Shown: positions 36,766 to 46,869, counted from the first letter of the stretch. The stretch: DNA of 64,000 nt from Candidatus Latescibacterota bacterium (GCA_965221775.1 CBDCSU010000006.1:608001-672000), one strand, 5' to 3'. The notes: generated by a model from the sequence alone, not told the origin. Made by a program: numbers and translations.

Positions 36766-38526
36766 TCACTCCCGCACCGCCAAGTGAAGCTCCCGGAGCT
36801 GCTCGGCGGACACCTCCCCCGGGGCGCCCATGAGCGGGTCCTGCGCATGCTGGTTCATGGGGAAGGCGATCACCTCCCGGATGTTCGGTTCGTCCGCCAG
36901 CAGCATGACGATGCGGTCGATGCCGGGGGCGATGCCGCCGTGGGGAGGGGCGCCGAAGCGCAGGGCGCGGATCATGCAGCCAAACCGGCGCTCCACCTCC
37001 TGCCGCGGGTACCCGGCGATCTCGAAGGCCTTGTACATGATGTCGGGCCGGTGGTTGCGGATGGCGCCGCTCGACAGCTCGACGCCGTTGCAGACGATGT
37101 CGTACTGGTACGCCTTGATCTCCAGCGGCGGCTGCGTCTCCAGGGCCTCCATCCCGCCCTGCGGCATGGAGAAGGGGTTGTGCGAGAAGGCGGCATGGTC
37201 CCGCTCCTGGTCCCACTCGTACATCGGGAAGTCGACGATCCAGCAGAACTCGTAGCATCCCTGCCGCCGCAGTTCGAGCCGGTCCGCCAGATGCAGGCGC
37301 AGCCGTCCCGCCAGGGTCGCCGCCTCGTCCGGAGGTCCGGCGATGAGGAGGATCGCCGACCCCGGCTCGGGCGAGCACTCCTCGGCGATGCGTGCGATCG
37401 TGCTCTCTTCCAGGGCCGCGGCGATCGATCCGGTGGCCCGGCCCCCGGGGATGAGCCAGGCCAGCCCCTGGCCGCCGGACTCTCTGACGAAGTCCTCGAG
37501 ACCGTCGAAGAACGAGCGCGGACGGACCTCGAGACCGGGCACGCACAGGGCGCGGACGACCCCACCTTCGGCGACGATCTCCCGAAACAGCCGGAACGAG
37601 GAATCCGCGAAAATGTGTGACAGGTCCCGGATCTCGAGCCCGAAGCGCAGGTCCGGCTTGTCCGTGCCGAAGCGCAGCATGGCCTCGGCGTGCGAGAAGC
37701 GCGGAAAGGGCTTCCCGGTCACCTGCCAGTCGCTGAACTCGTGGAACAGACCGGAGAACAGCTCCTCCACGACAGCGAAGATGTCCTCCTGCTCGACGAA
37801 GGCCATCTCCATGTCGCACTGGTAGTGTTCCCCGGGGGAGCGGTCGGCGCGGGCATCCTCGTCGCGGAAGCAGGGCGCGATCTGGAAGTAGCGGTCGAAG
37901 CCGGAAACCATCAGCAGCTGCTTGAACTGCTGCGGCGACTGCGGCAGCGCGTAGAAGCGGCCGGGGTAGAGCCGGCTCGGCACGAGGTAGTCGCGGGCGC
38001 CCTCGGGCGAGCTGCTGGTGAGCACGGGCGTCTGGAACTCGGTGAAGCCCATCTCCGACATGCGCCGCCGGATGCTGGTGATCACCTCCGAGCGCAACTG
38101 GATACGCCGGTGCAGCCCTTCCCGGCGCAGGTCCAGAAAGCGATAGGACAAGCGCATGCTCTCCCCCGTCTCGGCCTCTTCCGCCACCGAAAAGGGGAGC
38201 GGCTCCGCCGGCGACAGCACTTCCATCTCCCCCACGGCGACTTCCACCTCTCCCGTCTCCATCGCCCGGTTGATGGACTCTGGCGAACGCTCCCTCACCT
38301 CTCCCTCGACGCGGACCACCGACTCGCGGGGGACCCTGGCCGCGGTGGCCGCGGAGTCGTTCTCCGGCGAGACCACGAGCTGGGTGAGGCCGTAGTGGTC
38401 GCGCAGGTCGAGGAACAGCACGCCCCCGTGGTCCCTTCGGCGGTGTATCCAGCCGCTCAGGCGAACGCTCCGGCCGGCATGGCGCCGGCGGAGCTCGCCG
38501 CAGGTGTGAGTGCGATAGCGGTGCAT
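36766..38526 (-). CDS. aspS: Aspartate-tRNA ligase, probably non-discriminating (Asp/Asn)
   Basis: [16 protein letters not shown] (His typical of ND enzymes), [35 protein letters not shown]. Confidence 0.97.
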   Translation of the reverse strand: MHRYRTHTCGELRRRHAGRSVRLSGWIHRRRDHGGVLFLDLRDHYGLTQLVVSPENDSAATAARVPRESVVRVEGEVRERSPESINRAMETGEVEVAVGEMEVLSPAEPLPFSVAEEAETGESMRLSYRFLDLRREGLHRRIQLRSEVITSIRRRMSEMGFTEFQTPVLTSSSPEGARDYLVPSRLYPGRFYALPQSPQQFKQLLMVSGFDRYFQIAPCFRDEDARADRSPGEHYQCDMEMAFVEQEDIFAVVEELFSGLFHEFSDWQVTGKPFPRFSHAEAMLRFGTDKPDLRFGLEIRDLSHIFADSSFRLFREIVAEGGVVRALCVPGLEVRPRSFFDGLEDFVRESGGQGLAWLIPGGRATGSIAAALEESTIARIAEECSPEPGSAILLIAGPPDEAATLAGRLRLHLADRLELRRQGCYEFCWIVDFPMYEWDQERDHAAFSHNPFSMPQGGMEALETQPPLEIKAYQYDIVCNGVELSSGAIRNHRPDIMYKAFEIAGYPRQEVERRFGCMIRALRFGAPPHGGIAPGIDRIVMLLADEPNIREVIAFPMNQHAQDPLMGAPGEVSAEQLRELHLAVRE

Positions 38527-38560
38527 GGCAGTGCTTCTCCCAGGTTGTCGGACGGGCACG

Positions 38561-38594
38561 AAAAAACCCGCCGCGATGCGTGTTCGCGACGGGT
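38561..38594 (-). terminator. Intrinsic terminator in the aspS leader (attenuator 3:4)
   Basis: ACCCGUCGCGA-acacgca-UCGCGGCGGGU followed by a U-tract, ~35 nt before the aspS start. Confidence 0.85.
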
Positions 38595-38627
38595 CGGGAT
38601 CTCCAGGATCGGAGTTGGAGCGGGTCG

Positions 38628-38714
38628 TCAGAACACGCGCAATGGGGCGGGCGGATTGTTATCGCCCGGGTTGGCCGGATTGTTGTGCGTGCAGGCGTTC
38701 TGACGGGTCATCAT
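38628..38714 (-). CDS. Asn-rich leader peptide of aspS
   Basis: [28 protein letters not shown]: 6 Asn and 1 Asp in 28 codons. Alternative ATGs at 38720 and 38711. Confidence 0.75.
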   Translation of the reverse strand: MMTRQNACTHNNPANPGDNNPPAPLRVF

Positions 38715-38723
38715 GATCATTCG

Positions 38724-38752
38724 AGTGTAAGGAGGGAGCCGGACTTCGTCAA
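38724..38752 (-). promoter_or_regulatory. Sigma70 promoter for leader-aspS
   Basis: TTGACG-N17-TACACT. Confidence 0.8.
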
Positions 38753-39135
38753 TCAGGCTCCTTCAAGTGCCCCCGAACCTGTTCAAGCAAGGCCTCCACA
38801 AGGGCGAGCGCGGCCTTGCGATCGATCGGTTCGGCACCCGGGTCGAGACCCCCGTACCGGAACTCGACGGCATACGGCGTGTACAATGTCAACTCTCGGT
38901 GAGCCTCCACGTCGACATCGCGCCCGGCGAGCAGATTCACCAGGGTCTCGAGATTGTGGGTCAACGGATAGGTTTCGCCCAGCAGTGCGAGCCAGGCCTT
39001 GAAGGACTTCTCAGCCGCTTGCTGAAGGTGGAATCCATACGACTCATCCGGTGCTCCCGCCGTCATGTTCCGGAGCGTGAGGACATCGCGTTCAGCCGCT
39101 CCGAGCAGCATCCGCGCGCACTTAGGGTCGCTCAT
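38749..39135 (-). CDS. HEPN domain protein
   Basis: FHLQQAAEKSFKA, YPLTHNL, YAVEFRY. Confidence 0.88.
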   Translation of the reverse strand: MSDPKCARMLLGAAERDVLTLRNMTAGAPDESYGFHLQQAAEKSFKAWLALLGETYPLTHNLETLVNLLAGRDVDVEAHRELTLYTPYAVEFRYGGLDPGAEPIDRKAALALVEALLEQVRGHLKEPD

Positions 39136-39457
39136 AGAGCACCTTCCCTTCCCGCAGCGCGCGCGCCAGAACGTGGTTGAGGGAGTCGCGCCAGTAGTCG
39201 ACCTCGTCCCGGGTATAGACCAGGATGTCGGCGGAGACCGGAAAGTCCGCCAGGACCTTGTAGAGTCTGACCATCTCCTTGTGCCGGCTTCGTTTCCCGT
39301 CGAAGGGCTCGGACTCGACGACCACCAGATCGACGTCCGATTCCTCCCGCTCCTCGCCACGTGCACGGGACCCGAAGAGGATGACCCTCTCGGGATCGAC
39401 TTCCTCGACAACGGCCGTGACCATCCGGCCAATGAGTGATTCCGTGACGCCGGTCAT
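39122..39457 (-). CDS. Minimal nucleotidyltransferase (MNT)
   Basis: ILFGSRARG....SDVDL, ending EGKVLY. Overlaps the HEPN gene. Confidence 0.88.
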   Translation of the reverse strand: MTGVTESLIGRMVTAVVEEVDPERVILFGSRARGEEREESDVDLVVVESEPFDGKRSRHKEMVRLYKVLADFPVSADILVYTRDEVDYWRDSLNHVLARALREGKVLYERP

Positions 39458-39593
39458 TGCTCTACCCATTCGATCGGCGCACACCGCCGATCCTCTCTCG
39501 CGGCTTAAGTTACCCCAATCAACGCAGCAATGCCCACCCTGGCCTCGCTCACCGATCCGGCCGTGGTCGGGCGCCGCCCCGGCTTCCCGCCCC

Positions 39594-40388
39594 TCACCCC
39601 CCGCCGTAGAATGCCTCGGCGTCGTGCACCGGCCGGTAGCCCATCTCGCGGCGGGCGAGGTCGATGTCGAAGATGTTGTGGGTGTTGTCCGAGACCACGA
39701 AGTAGTGGGCGCCGCTGCGCAGGGTCCCCTCCCGCCAGGCGGTGTAGCAGCAGTGGACGAAGCGCGCCGCGTCCTCCTGGTGACACCAGAGGGCGAAGTA
39801 GCCCTTCTCGGCGGTCATGGCGTTGGCGGTGTTGATGCCGCCCCAGCGGGCGGCGACGGCGCCGTGGCCGAGAGCGGCCAGCCGCTGGCACCACTGCTCC
39901 ACGTGGGCCTTCTCGCGGCCGTAGTCGTTGGTGGGGCAGGCGTCGATGAGGCTCGAGACGCGCTCCGGCGGAGGCTCCAGCTCGTCGAAGCGGCGCTCGG
40001 CCCAGACCGCCCAGGGGCCCTCGTCGACGCTGTAGGCGCCGTCGCAGGCGTGGACCGAGCTGGCGCCGATGACCATCGGCACCGGCTCCTGGGCCAGGAC
40101 CGACTCGAAGACGCGGTCGGTCATGGCGTTCATCTCGGTCAGCGAGCCCTGGCGCGCCAGGTAGACGACCAGGTCGCGGCCGGCCATCAGCTCGCGCACG
40201 CGGGCGGGCTCGGCGGCGATGTCGAGGTCGACGAACTCCTGCCTTGGCACCGGCCCGGCGGCCTTGTCCGGGGATCCCGGCAGGTCGACGGAGGTGAACC
40301 GGTAGGCGGGGTCGAGGCGCGGCAGGTAGAGGCGCAGGCCGGAGCCGATCTGGCCGCGGCCGCCGAGGAGGAGGACGTTGATGGTCAG
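39594..40388 (-). CDS. NAD-dependent epimerase/dehydratase
   Basis: The frame extends upstream of the listed ORF to TINVLLLGGRGQIG (Rossmann); ASS and YGREK (YxxxK). Start codon unclear (possibly CTG). Confidence 0.72.
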   Translation of the reverse strand: MTINVLLLGGRGQIGSGLRLYLPRLDPAYRFTSVDLPGSPDKAAGPVPRQEFVDLDIAAEPARVRELMAGRDLVVYLARQGSLTEMNAMTDRVFESVLAQEPVPMVIGASSVHACDGAYSVDEGPWAVWAERRFDELEPPPERVSSLIDACPTNDYGREKAHVEQWCQRLAALGHGAVAARWGGINTANAMTAEKGYFALWCHQEDAARFVHCCYTAWREGTLRSGAHYFVVSDNTHNIFDIDLARREMGYRPVHDAEAFYGGG

Positions 40389-40428
40389 GGCGGGCCCCCT
40401 GGTGCGCTCGAGGCGGGGGCCTCGTGTG

Positions 40429-40716
40429 CTACGGCACGGGCGCCGGGGGTGCGTCGTCGGCCGGTGGCCGCCAGGGACCGATCAGGGCGCCCTCGATGCG
40501 AGCCACCCGCCGGTCCACATCGCCCACACGGCCGTCGAGGTCGCCCAGGCGGGCGTCGAGGCTGTCGATGCGCTGGGTCAGGTCAGCCCGCAGATCGGCC
40601 AGGTCGCTCCGGTGGCGTTCGTCCATCCGGTCCAGGCGGGTGTCGATGCGCCGCCACACATAGAGCACGACGGCAACGACGACGGCCGACTGCAGCCAGC
40701 TTTCCAAGGCTCCCAT
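40429..40716 (-). CDS. Small TM + coiled-coil hypothetical protein
   Basis: Hydrophobic N-terminus, heptad-like RIDxxD repeats, VARIEG. Confidence 0.55.
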   Translation of the reverse strand: MGALESWLQSAVVVAVVLYVWRRIDTRLDRMDERHRSDLADLRADLTQRIDSLDARLGDLDGRVGDVDRRVARIEGALIGPWRPPADDAPPAPVP

Positions 40717-40781
40717 GTTGGCCGAACCTACCCGGGCCCGGAGCCGCGGTCAATGCAGGCCGCCCGACGGAAGGAGAGAGG

Positions 40782-41813
40782 ATGAGAATCACGGAAGTGA
40801 GGGCCGCGCAACCGCACGCCTCCAGCGCGCCGGCGGACTGGCGCGGCACCCTCGGACAGCTGTCGGTGGCGGTCGAGGCCGGCGGCCTGGTGGGCTACGG
40901 CATGGGCGCCGGGGGCGCCGCCGGAACCCACGTCATCGAGCGGGAGCTGCGGCCCCTGCTCGTCGGCGCCGACGCCTCCGACGTGGAGGGCCTGTGGGAG
41001 GCGATGTACCGGTCGACCCTGGCCTACGGCCGCAAGGGCCTGGCCCTCATGGCGATCAGCGGCGTCGACCTCGCCCTGTGGGACCTGCGCGGCAAGGCGG
41101 CGGGCCGGCCGGTGGCCGCCCTGCTGGGCGATTCCCCGGCCGCGGAGATGCCCGCCTACTGCACCACCGGCCTCGACGGGGCCGATGGCCTGCAGGGCAT
41201 CACCGAGGCGCTTGCAGCCGGCTTCGGCGCCGTGAAGCTCGGCGGGATCGCCGGCTCCGGCTCCCCGGACGGCGGGACCGCCGACCTCCTGCGCAGGGCC
41301 CGCGAGCGCGCCGGCGGCGGGACCCGGCTGATGGCCGACGCCGGCATGGGCTGGACCGACCCGGCGGCCGTGCTCGCCCTCTGCGAGGAGGTGGCGAATC
41401 TCGATCTCGTGTGGCTGGAGGAGCCTCTGCCCTCGGACGACCTCGACGGCTACGCCTGGCTGACGCAGCGCTCGCCGGTGCCGATCGCCGGCGGCGAGCA
41501 CGAGTTCACGGCCCGCGCCTTCGCCGAGCTCATGGACCGCGGCTGCCACCGGATCTACCAGCCCGACATATGCTGGTGCGGCGGGATGACCCAGCTCGTG
41601 GAGATCTACCGGCTGGCGCGGGACCACGGCGTGCGCGTCTGCCCCCACCGGGGCTCGGAGGTCTGGGGGCTGCACGCCATCGCCGCCCTCGACCCGGAGC
41701 CGCTGGCCGAGAGCGGGCGCCCGTGGATGGAGTGGGTCGGCGGGCGGGAGCTGAGCGGCGGCCGGGCGCGCTGGACGGGCGGTCCCGGCTTCGGGGTCGA
41801 GCTGCCGCTTTAG
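40782..41813 (+). CDS. Mandelate racemase/enolase-superfamily protein (rhamnonate dehydratase-like)
   Basis: AAGGAG RBS; YGRKG..AISGVDLALWDL.GK, MADA, WLEEP, GGEHE, QPD. Confidence 0.85.
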   Translation: MRITEVRAAQPHASSAPADWRGTLGQLSVAVEAGGLVGYGMGAGGAAGTHVIERELRPLLVGADASDVEGLWEAMYRSTLAYGRKGLALMAISGVDLALWDLRGKAAGRPVAALLGDSPAAEMPAYCTTGLDGADGLQGITEALAAGFGAVKLGGIAGSGSPDGGTADLLRRARERAGGGTRLMADAGMGWTDPAAVLALCEEVANLDLVWLEEPLPSDDLDGYAWLTQRSPVPIAGGEHEFTARAFAELMDRGCHRIYQPDICWCGGMTQLVEIYRLARDHGVRVCPHRGSEVWGLHAIAALDPEPLAESGRPWMEWVGGRELSGGRARWTGGPGFGVELPL

Positions 41814-41832
41814 GGGGAGCGCCCGCCGGCGC

Positions 41833-42177
41833 TCAGAAGGGCTTGTGCAGCGCCAGCCAGGCGGTCAGCAGGAACAGCGCCCAGAGGCCCCAGAAGAGGA
41901 TCCCCGCCCGCCCCTGCATCCGCCGCATCGCCGCCGGGGCGGCGCCGAGGACCAGCCACAGCAGGATCTTGCCCCAGACCCACCCCGGCCACGGCCAGTG
42001 GATCCCGGCCTTGGCCAGCAAGCCGAAGCCGCTCACCAGGGACAGAAGCAGGCCGGCGCCGTGGGCGACGGCGAGCATGCGGTTCCGCTCGCCGGCGATC
42101 AGGGCCATGCCGCCGAGGGCCAGCAGCAGCAGGCCGAGGCCCGCCAGGTGCAACCACAGGTAGAAGGTCAGGGGCAT
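41833..42177 (-). CDS. Small 4-TM membrane protein
   Basis: HG.GLLL.LVSGFGLL, W..KI.LW, ends KPF. Confidence 0.65.
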   Translation of the reverse strand: MPLTFYLWLHLAGLGLLLLALGGMALIAGERNRMLAVAHGAGLLLSLVSGFGLLAKAGIHWPWPGWVWGKILLWLVLGAAPAAMRRMQGRAGILFWGLWALFLLTAWLALHKPF

Positions 42178-44126
42178 CAGCTCTCCTCTCCCGGATCGAG
42201 CAGGGTGGCGATGTGGATCGCCTGGAACAGGGTGGCCGGCTCCAGCTGCGTGCGCAGGGCGCGCCGGCGCGGCAGCAGGGTCGTCTCGCCGGGCACCGGC
42301 GGCGACACGTAGACCTCCACGTGCCCGGGCCGCAGGTTGACGTTGCCCCGGGGGCACTTCGGCCACAGGGCGTGGATGCCGCGGAAGGCGACGGGCACGA
42401 AGACCACGTCCTGGGGCAGGTGGGCGAAGAGGGCGTGCTGCATGGGCAGCACCTGCAGGTCGAAGGCCGACGTCGTGCCGGCGCCGTAGACGACGCCGGG
42501 CCGGTCCTCGATGACGCGGGCGAAACGCCGCGTCGGCGAGCCTCCCTCGTCGCGGGAGAGCACCACGTAGCCGTCCACGTCCTCGGCGAGGCGGTCGGTC
42601 TCCTCGAGGCTCACCCCGATGAGGGAGAACTCCCGGCCCTTCACCTTCACCGACGTCTGCGACAGCAGCCGGCCCCGCGACAGCAGGCAGCAGGGCACGG
42701 ACGCCGACCAGCCCATGGCCGCCAGCAGCTCCTCCGACTCCAGGGCCCGGTAGAGCACCGGGTGGTCGAGCAGGGTCTGGTGGGTGGGGAAGAACACGAC
42801 CTTGCGGCCCTTCGGCCCCAGTTCCAGCTCGCGGGCCACGTCGGCGAAGTCGGGGTCGATCGTCACCGAGACGGTGATCCCGAAGTTCTCCAGGCTGTCC
42901 CGGGCCCATTCGAGGTTCGCCTCCCAGGCGGCGGCGTGGCGCTCGGCGTCGGACAGCTTCGAGCGGTCGAGGCGCTTCTTGACGCGGCCCGTGCGGCGGA
43001 AGAGGCGCACCCACTTCAGCAGGCGCCGGGCCCGCGCCAGGCGCGAGTACTCCCCCTGGGGGCCCACGTGGGGATACTCGTGCCACTGGCCGGAAGAGGT
43101 CCCGTCCAGCAGCGGCGGCAGCCCCACGGCGGGCAGCTCCTTGCCGCAGCGGGCGCGCAGGCGCTCGGCGTTGCGCACCAGGCCGCGGGTGAGGTCGATC
43201 ATGTCGCGCGTCAGGTAGCTGTAGCGCTGCCCGTACCAGTAGTCCTTGGGGCGGATCTGGGCCGGGTCCTCCAGGTGGGCCTGGAGGAAGCGCAGCAACA
43301 GCGCCTGGGCCAGGCGCACGTGCTGTTCCAGGCGGTCGAGCCACTTCTTCGGCGCATGGTCCCGCAGCCGCGCGGCGAGCAGCTCCAGCTCGCAGACCGT
43401 CTTCCACACGGAGATGCCGAACCAGATGAAGTTGGAGAAGGTGTTGTAGCGGATCGCCAGGTGCTCGCCGGCGGCCAGGTAGTCGACCACGTCGCCGGCG
43501 ACCTCGGTGAGCAGCTCGCGCAGGGTGGCCTCTCCGCGCTCGCCGTCGATCGACCACTCGTAGACGGCCTCCCAGCGGGGATCGTCGGCGGCCGGGGCGG
43601 GGCGAAGCTTCTCCACCACCGCGGCGGCGTGGGCCAGGGGCGCGCGGGCGACCTTGAACTCCACCAGGGCGGCCTCGCCCTCGTCGAGGGGGACCGGGTC
43701 CTCGCGGCCGAGGGCCTCGATGTAGACAACGCCGTACAGCTCCCCGAAATCGCGCTCCTCCCCGGCGCCGTGGGCGACGAACTGGCGCTGCACCTGCAGG
43801 AAGCGGCGCACGCTGCGCAGGTAGGCGGGCCGGGTCTCGCCGTAGCGCCCGTAGGCGTCGGAGAGCCGGTGCTCGCGGCGCGGCGGGATGCCGGCGGAGA
43901 TCTCGGCGATGAGGGCGGCGCGCCGCTCCAGGCCGGGCAGGTCGATGGGAGGGTCCTCATCGGGCCGGTACGCCGGCCACTCCAGGTCGGCCTCGCTGCG
44001 GCCGGGGAAGTGGCCGTCGAGGCGGGCGATGCGGATCAGCTCGACGGCGGCCTCGTCGTAGCGGGAGAAGATCTCCCCGAGGTTCTCCCGGGCCTCGGCG
44101 AGGCCCTGTTCGAGGTCGGAGGCCAC
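42177..44126 (-). CDS. Large helical N-domain fused to a PlsC-like acyltransferase
   Basis: FPTHQTLLD (HxxxxD) and VPVAFRG in the C-terminal third. Start approximate. Confidence 0.65.
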   Translation of the reverse strand: MASDLEQGLAEARENLGEIFSRYDEAAVELIRIARLDGHFPGRSEADLEWPAYRPDEDPPIDLPGLERRAALIAEISAGIPPRREHRLSDAYGRYGETRPAYLRSVRRFLQVQRQFVAHGAGEERDFGELYGVVYIEALGREDPVPLDEGEAALVEFKVARAPLAHAAAVVEKLRPAPAADDPRWEAVYEWSIDGERGEATLRELLTEVAGDVVDYLAAGEHLAIRYNTFSNFIWFGISVWKTVCELELLAARLRDHAPKKWLDRLEQHVRLAQALLLRFLQAHLEDPAQIRPKDYWYGQRYSYLTRDMIDLTRGLVRNAERLRARCGKELPAVGLPPLLDGTSSGQWHEYPHVGPQGEYSRLARARRLLKWVRLFRRTGRVKKRLDRSKLSDAERHAAAWEANLEWARDSLENFGITVSVTIDPDFADVARELELGPKGRKVVFFPTHQTLLDHPVLYRALESEELLAAMGWSASVPCCLLSRGRLLSQTSVKVKGREFSLIGVSLEETDRLAEDVDGYVVLSRDEGGSPTRRFARVIEDRPGVVYGAGTTSAFDLQVLPMQHALFAHLPQDVVFVPVAFRGIHALWPKCPRGNVNLRPGHVEVYVSPPVPGETTLLPRRRALRTQLEPATLFQAIHIATLLDPGEES

Positions 44127-44219
44127 GGGATCTACCGGGGGGCTGGAACCGGCGGCGGGGATGGGGTAGACTCGTTCGCCATGGGTCAAACGATAGTCAA
44201 TCACGACGGGATCACACAG

Positions 44220-45278
44220 ATGAGACACCGCATCGGGCTGATCGGCTGCGGCAACATCGCCGGCGCCTGGCTCAAGGCCGTGGAAGAGCATCCGGACTGC
44301 GACCTTGCAGTCACCTTCGACCTCGACCCGGAGGCGGCGCGCTCCCGGGCGGAAGAGGCCGGGGCGCGGGCCGTGACCCGCCTCGAGGAGCTGCTGGACT
44401 CCGACGTGGATGTCGTCGTCATCGGCACGCCCACGCCGAGCCATCCCGAGCTCGCCGCGCACGCCGCGGAGGCCGGCAAGCACGTGCTCTGCGAGAAGCC
44501 CATGGCCCTGGACCTGGCCTCGTGCCGGCGCATGATCGAGGCCTGCGAGGGCGCCGGCGTGAAGCTGGCCATCGGCCACACGATCCGCTTCTTCGGCACC
44601 TACCGCACCGTCCGCCGCCTGGTGGCCGAGGGCGCCATCGGCGAGCCCGTGTCGGGCGGCTTCGACCGCATGGGCAAGTCCGCGAAGCGCTCCGTGGAGG
44701 AGGCCGCCCGCCGCACCGGGCACTGGCGCGAGAGCCCGGCCAACTCCGGGGGCCGGGTGCTGGAGTCGTTCATCCACGAGCTGGACTGCTCGCGCGCCGT
44801 CTTCGGGCGGGTGGCGTCGGTGAGCGCCGAGATCGCCGGCAACCAGCCCCACGGAGACTGGATGAGCCCGCAGGTCGTGTGCGGCCTCGTGCGCTTCGAG
44901 TCGGGAGGTCTGGTGACGGCGCGCACCGGCTCCACCGTGGGCCTGCCCACGCGCGGCCACTGGATCGCCGGCACCGAGGGCGGGATGCGCTTCGACGCCT
45001 GGGGCCAACCGGTGCGGCTCTACCGGTCCGGCGCCGACGAGCCCGAGGAAGTCCCGCCCGAGGACGGGGCCAACGCCTACCTGCTGGAGCTGGCGGACCT
45101 GCTGGCGGCGGTCCGCGGCGAGGTGGAGGAGCCGGAGAACTCGGGGCGCAACGGGATGGAGAACGTGGGCCTGGGACTGGCCTTCTACCGCAGCTGCGAG
45201 CTCGGGCGTCGGATCGAGTTCGAGGACGGACTCCCCGGGCTGCCCGAGGACTACCGCAACACCGGGTTCATCTTCTGA
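44220..45278 (+). CDS. Gfo/Idh/MocA oxidoreductase
   Basis: IGLIGCG.IA, GKHVLCEKP, SGG...E..IHELD. Confidence 0.88.
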   Translation: MRHRIGLIGCGNIAGAWLKAVEEHPDCDLAVTFDLDPEAARSRAEEAGARAVTRLEELLDSDVDVVVIGTPTPSHPELAAHAAEAGKHVLCEKPMALDLASCRRMIEACEGAGVKLAIGHTIRFFGTYRTVRRLVAEGAIGEPVSGGFDRMGKSAKRSVEEAARRTGHWRESPANSGGRVLESFIHELDCSRAVFGRVASVSAEIAGNQPHGDWMSPQVVCGLVRFESGGLVTARTGSTVGLPTRGHWIAGTEGGMRFDAWGQPVRLYRSGADEPEEVPPEDGANAYLLELADLLAAVRGEVEEPENSGRNGMENVGLGLAFYRSCELGRRIEFEDGLPGLPEDYRNTGFIF

Positions 45279-46281
45279 CGGCGCGGACGGCGCCGCGGCC
45301 GTCGGCCAGCTCGTCCCACTCGACGGCGGTGAAGCCGGCGGCCTCGAGCCAGCGGCCGTGCTCGGAGAGGGTGTAGCCGCGGCCGGCCTCGTAGAGGGCG
45401 CCGAGGAGGATGTTGTGCACCGCCGAGTCCCGGGGCGAGATCCGGTCGTCGGCCAGGACCCCCATGCCGGCGATCACCAGACGGCCCCCGGAGCGCAGCC
45501 AGCCGCCGAAGCGGGCGATCACCCGGGCCGCATCCTCCGGCGCCAGGACCTGCAGGACGGAGAGGCAGACGACGCCGTCGCAGGGCAGGTCGAGCCCGCC
45601 CTCCAGGCCGGAGCCGCCGTCCGCGAGATCCCCCTCGACGACGCGCACGCCGGCGGCGCCCTCCTCCTCGAGAAGGCGCCGGGTCCATGGGGCCGCCGAC
45701 TCGCGCTCCACCACGCAGACCTCCGATCCGGGCAGGGCCCGCTGCAGCGCCGCGGCCAGGCCGCCGGAGCCGCCGCCGGCGTCGACGATGCGGCGGCAGC
45801 CGTCGAGCCAGCCGCGGCTGGCGATCTCGCGGCCGGTGCGCAGGGCTCCCGGATGCAGGGCGCGCAGGAAGGCGGCGGTCTCCTCGTCGGAGTCGCCGCC
45901 GGCAGCCTCGGGAGCGGTGGCCGCCCCGCGGCGGATCGAGTCGGCCACGGTGAGGCCGGCGGCCCACAGGCGGGCGGCCAGCTCACGGCCGTGGCCGGCG
46001 TAGTCGTCGCCGGAAGCCGCCAGGCGGCGGGCGGCCCCGGGCCGGCAGAGGAACCGCGGCGGCTCCCCTCCGGCGGCCGGCCGCGCCTCGAGCAGGTCGA
46101 GGGCGGCCAGCGCGTGGAGCAGGGCCTCCAGGCGGCGCTCGTCGCCGCCGATCCGGCGGGCCACCTCCGCCGCCGTCCGCGGCGTACCGGCCACGAGGCT
46201 GAACAAGTCGAGGCGCAGCCCCGCCAGCACCGCCAGGGCGGGCACGGCGTCGAGCAGCTCCTCGATCCGGGAATCGTCCAC
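45268..46281 (-). CDS. SAM-dependent O-methyltransferase
   Basis: N-terminal dimerisation/wHTH region (LDLFS), VDAGGGSG, VEGD. Confidence 0.8.
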   Translation of the reverse strand: MDDSRIEELLDAVPALAVLAGLRLDLFSLVAGTPRTAAEVARRIGGDERRLEALLHALAALDLLEARPAAGGEPPRFLCRPGAARRLAASGDDYAGHGRELAARLWAAGLTVADSIRRGAATAPEAAGGDSDEETAAFLRALHPGALRTGREIASRGWLDGCRRIVDAGGGSGGLAAALQRALPGSEVCVVERESAAPWTRRLLEEEGAAGVRVVEGDLADGGSGLEGGLDLPCDGVVCLSVLQVLAPEDAARVIARFGGWLRSGGRLVIAGMGVLADDRISPRDSAVHNILLGALYEAGRGYTLSEHGRWLEAAGFTAVEWDELADGRGAVRAVRR

Positions 46282-46297
46282 GGCTACGGCCGGGCGG

Positions 46298-46441
46298 TCA
46301 CCCGGTGGCCACGGCGAGCAAGGTTCCGGGATCGCTGGCCACGGAGTATGCCGCCGCGAGGGCGAGCATCCACCACAGCACGCGCGCCAGGCTCTCGGCG
46401 ACGCGCCGCGATGGGCGGATGCCCGTATGACCAATTCGCAT
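46298..46441 (-). CDS. Small 47-aa TM peptide
   Basis: AAGGAG RBS; one hydrophobic helix. Confidence 0.4.
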   Translation of the reverse strand: MRIGHTGIRPSRRVAESLARVLWWMLALAAAYSVASDPGTLLAVATG

Positions 46442-46563
46442 GTCGCTCTCCTTCGAGTCTGTGGGTGCGATGTCGACGGCGGTCCTTCCACCGTCACGAT
46501 GATCCCGTGTAGCGGGCGGGCCGGCGGCCCCCCGCCATCCTCCTTCGCTCTCCGTCCGTCGCC

Positions 46564-46662
46564 TCAGGCGATGCGGCTGAAGACGGGAAGGACGAGGATG
46601 ACGAGAATGCCGACCAGACCGTACATCAGGGCCTGATTCGCAAGCTCCCGTCGCATCTGCAT
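46564..46662 (-). CDS. Small 32-aa TM peptide
   Basis: AGGAGG RBS; MQMRRELANQALMYGLVGILVILVLPVFSRIA. Confidence 0.45.
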   Translation of the reverse strand: MQMRRELANQALMYGLVGILVILVLPVFSRIA

Positions 46663-46869
46663 CTTCCTGCGCTCCTCCTGTGTCTGTGGCGGCCAGGGCC
46701 GCCGGGGGTTGCATGCGGAGCCCGGTGGCGGGACGGTGGTGCAATTCCTGCCGTGGCCCGAGAAGGCTCGTGGCAATCTTTGCGCCCATCCGCTCCTCCC
46801 GCTGCGCCTCTCGGCTCTCTCGTAGTCGAGAGCGGCCGGGTCGGACCGCGGCTCCTTCGCCCGAGACAA

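Noticed and set aside
38527-38748. T-box riboswitch upstream of aspS
   Set aside because: No GGTGGNACC T-box or stem I motifs; a leader peptide explains the terminator better.
42213-44219. Apparent 1021-aa fusion ending in a Gfo/Idh/MocA domain
   Set aside because: The N-terminal part is antisense to the acyltransferase gene; the real start is 44220. Similar over-extension affects ORFs 135-2561, 1955-3958 and 39279-41813.
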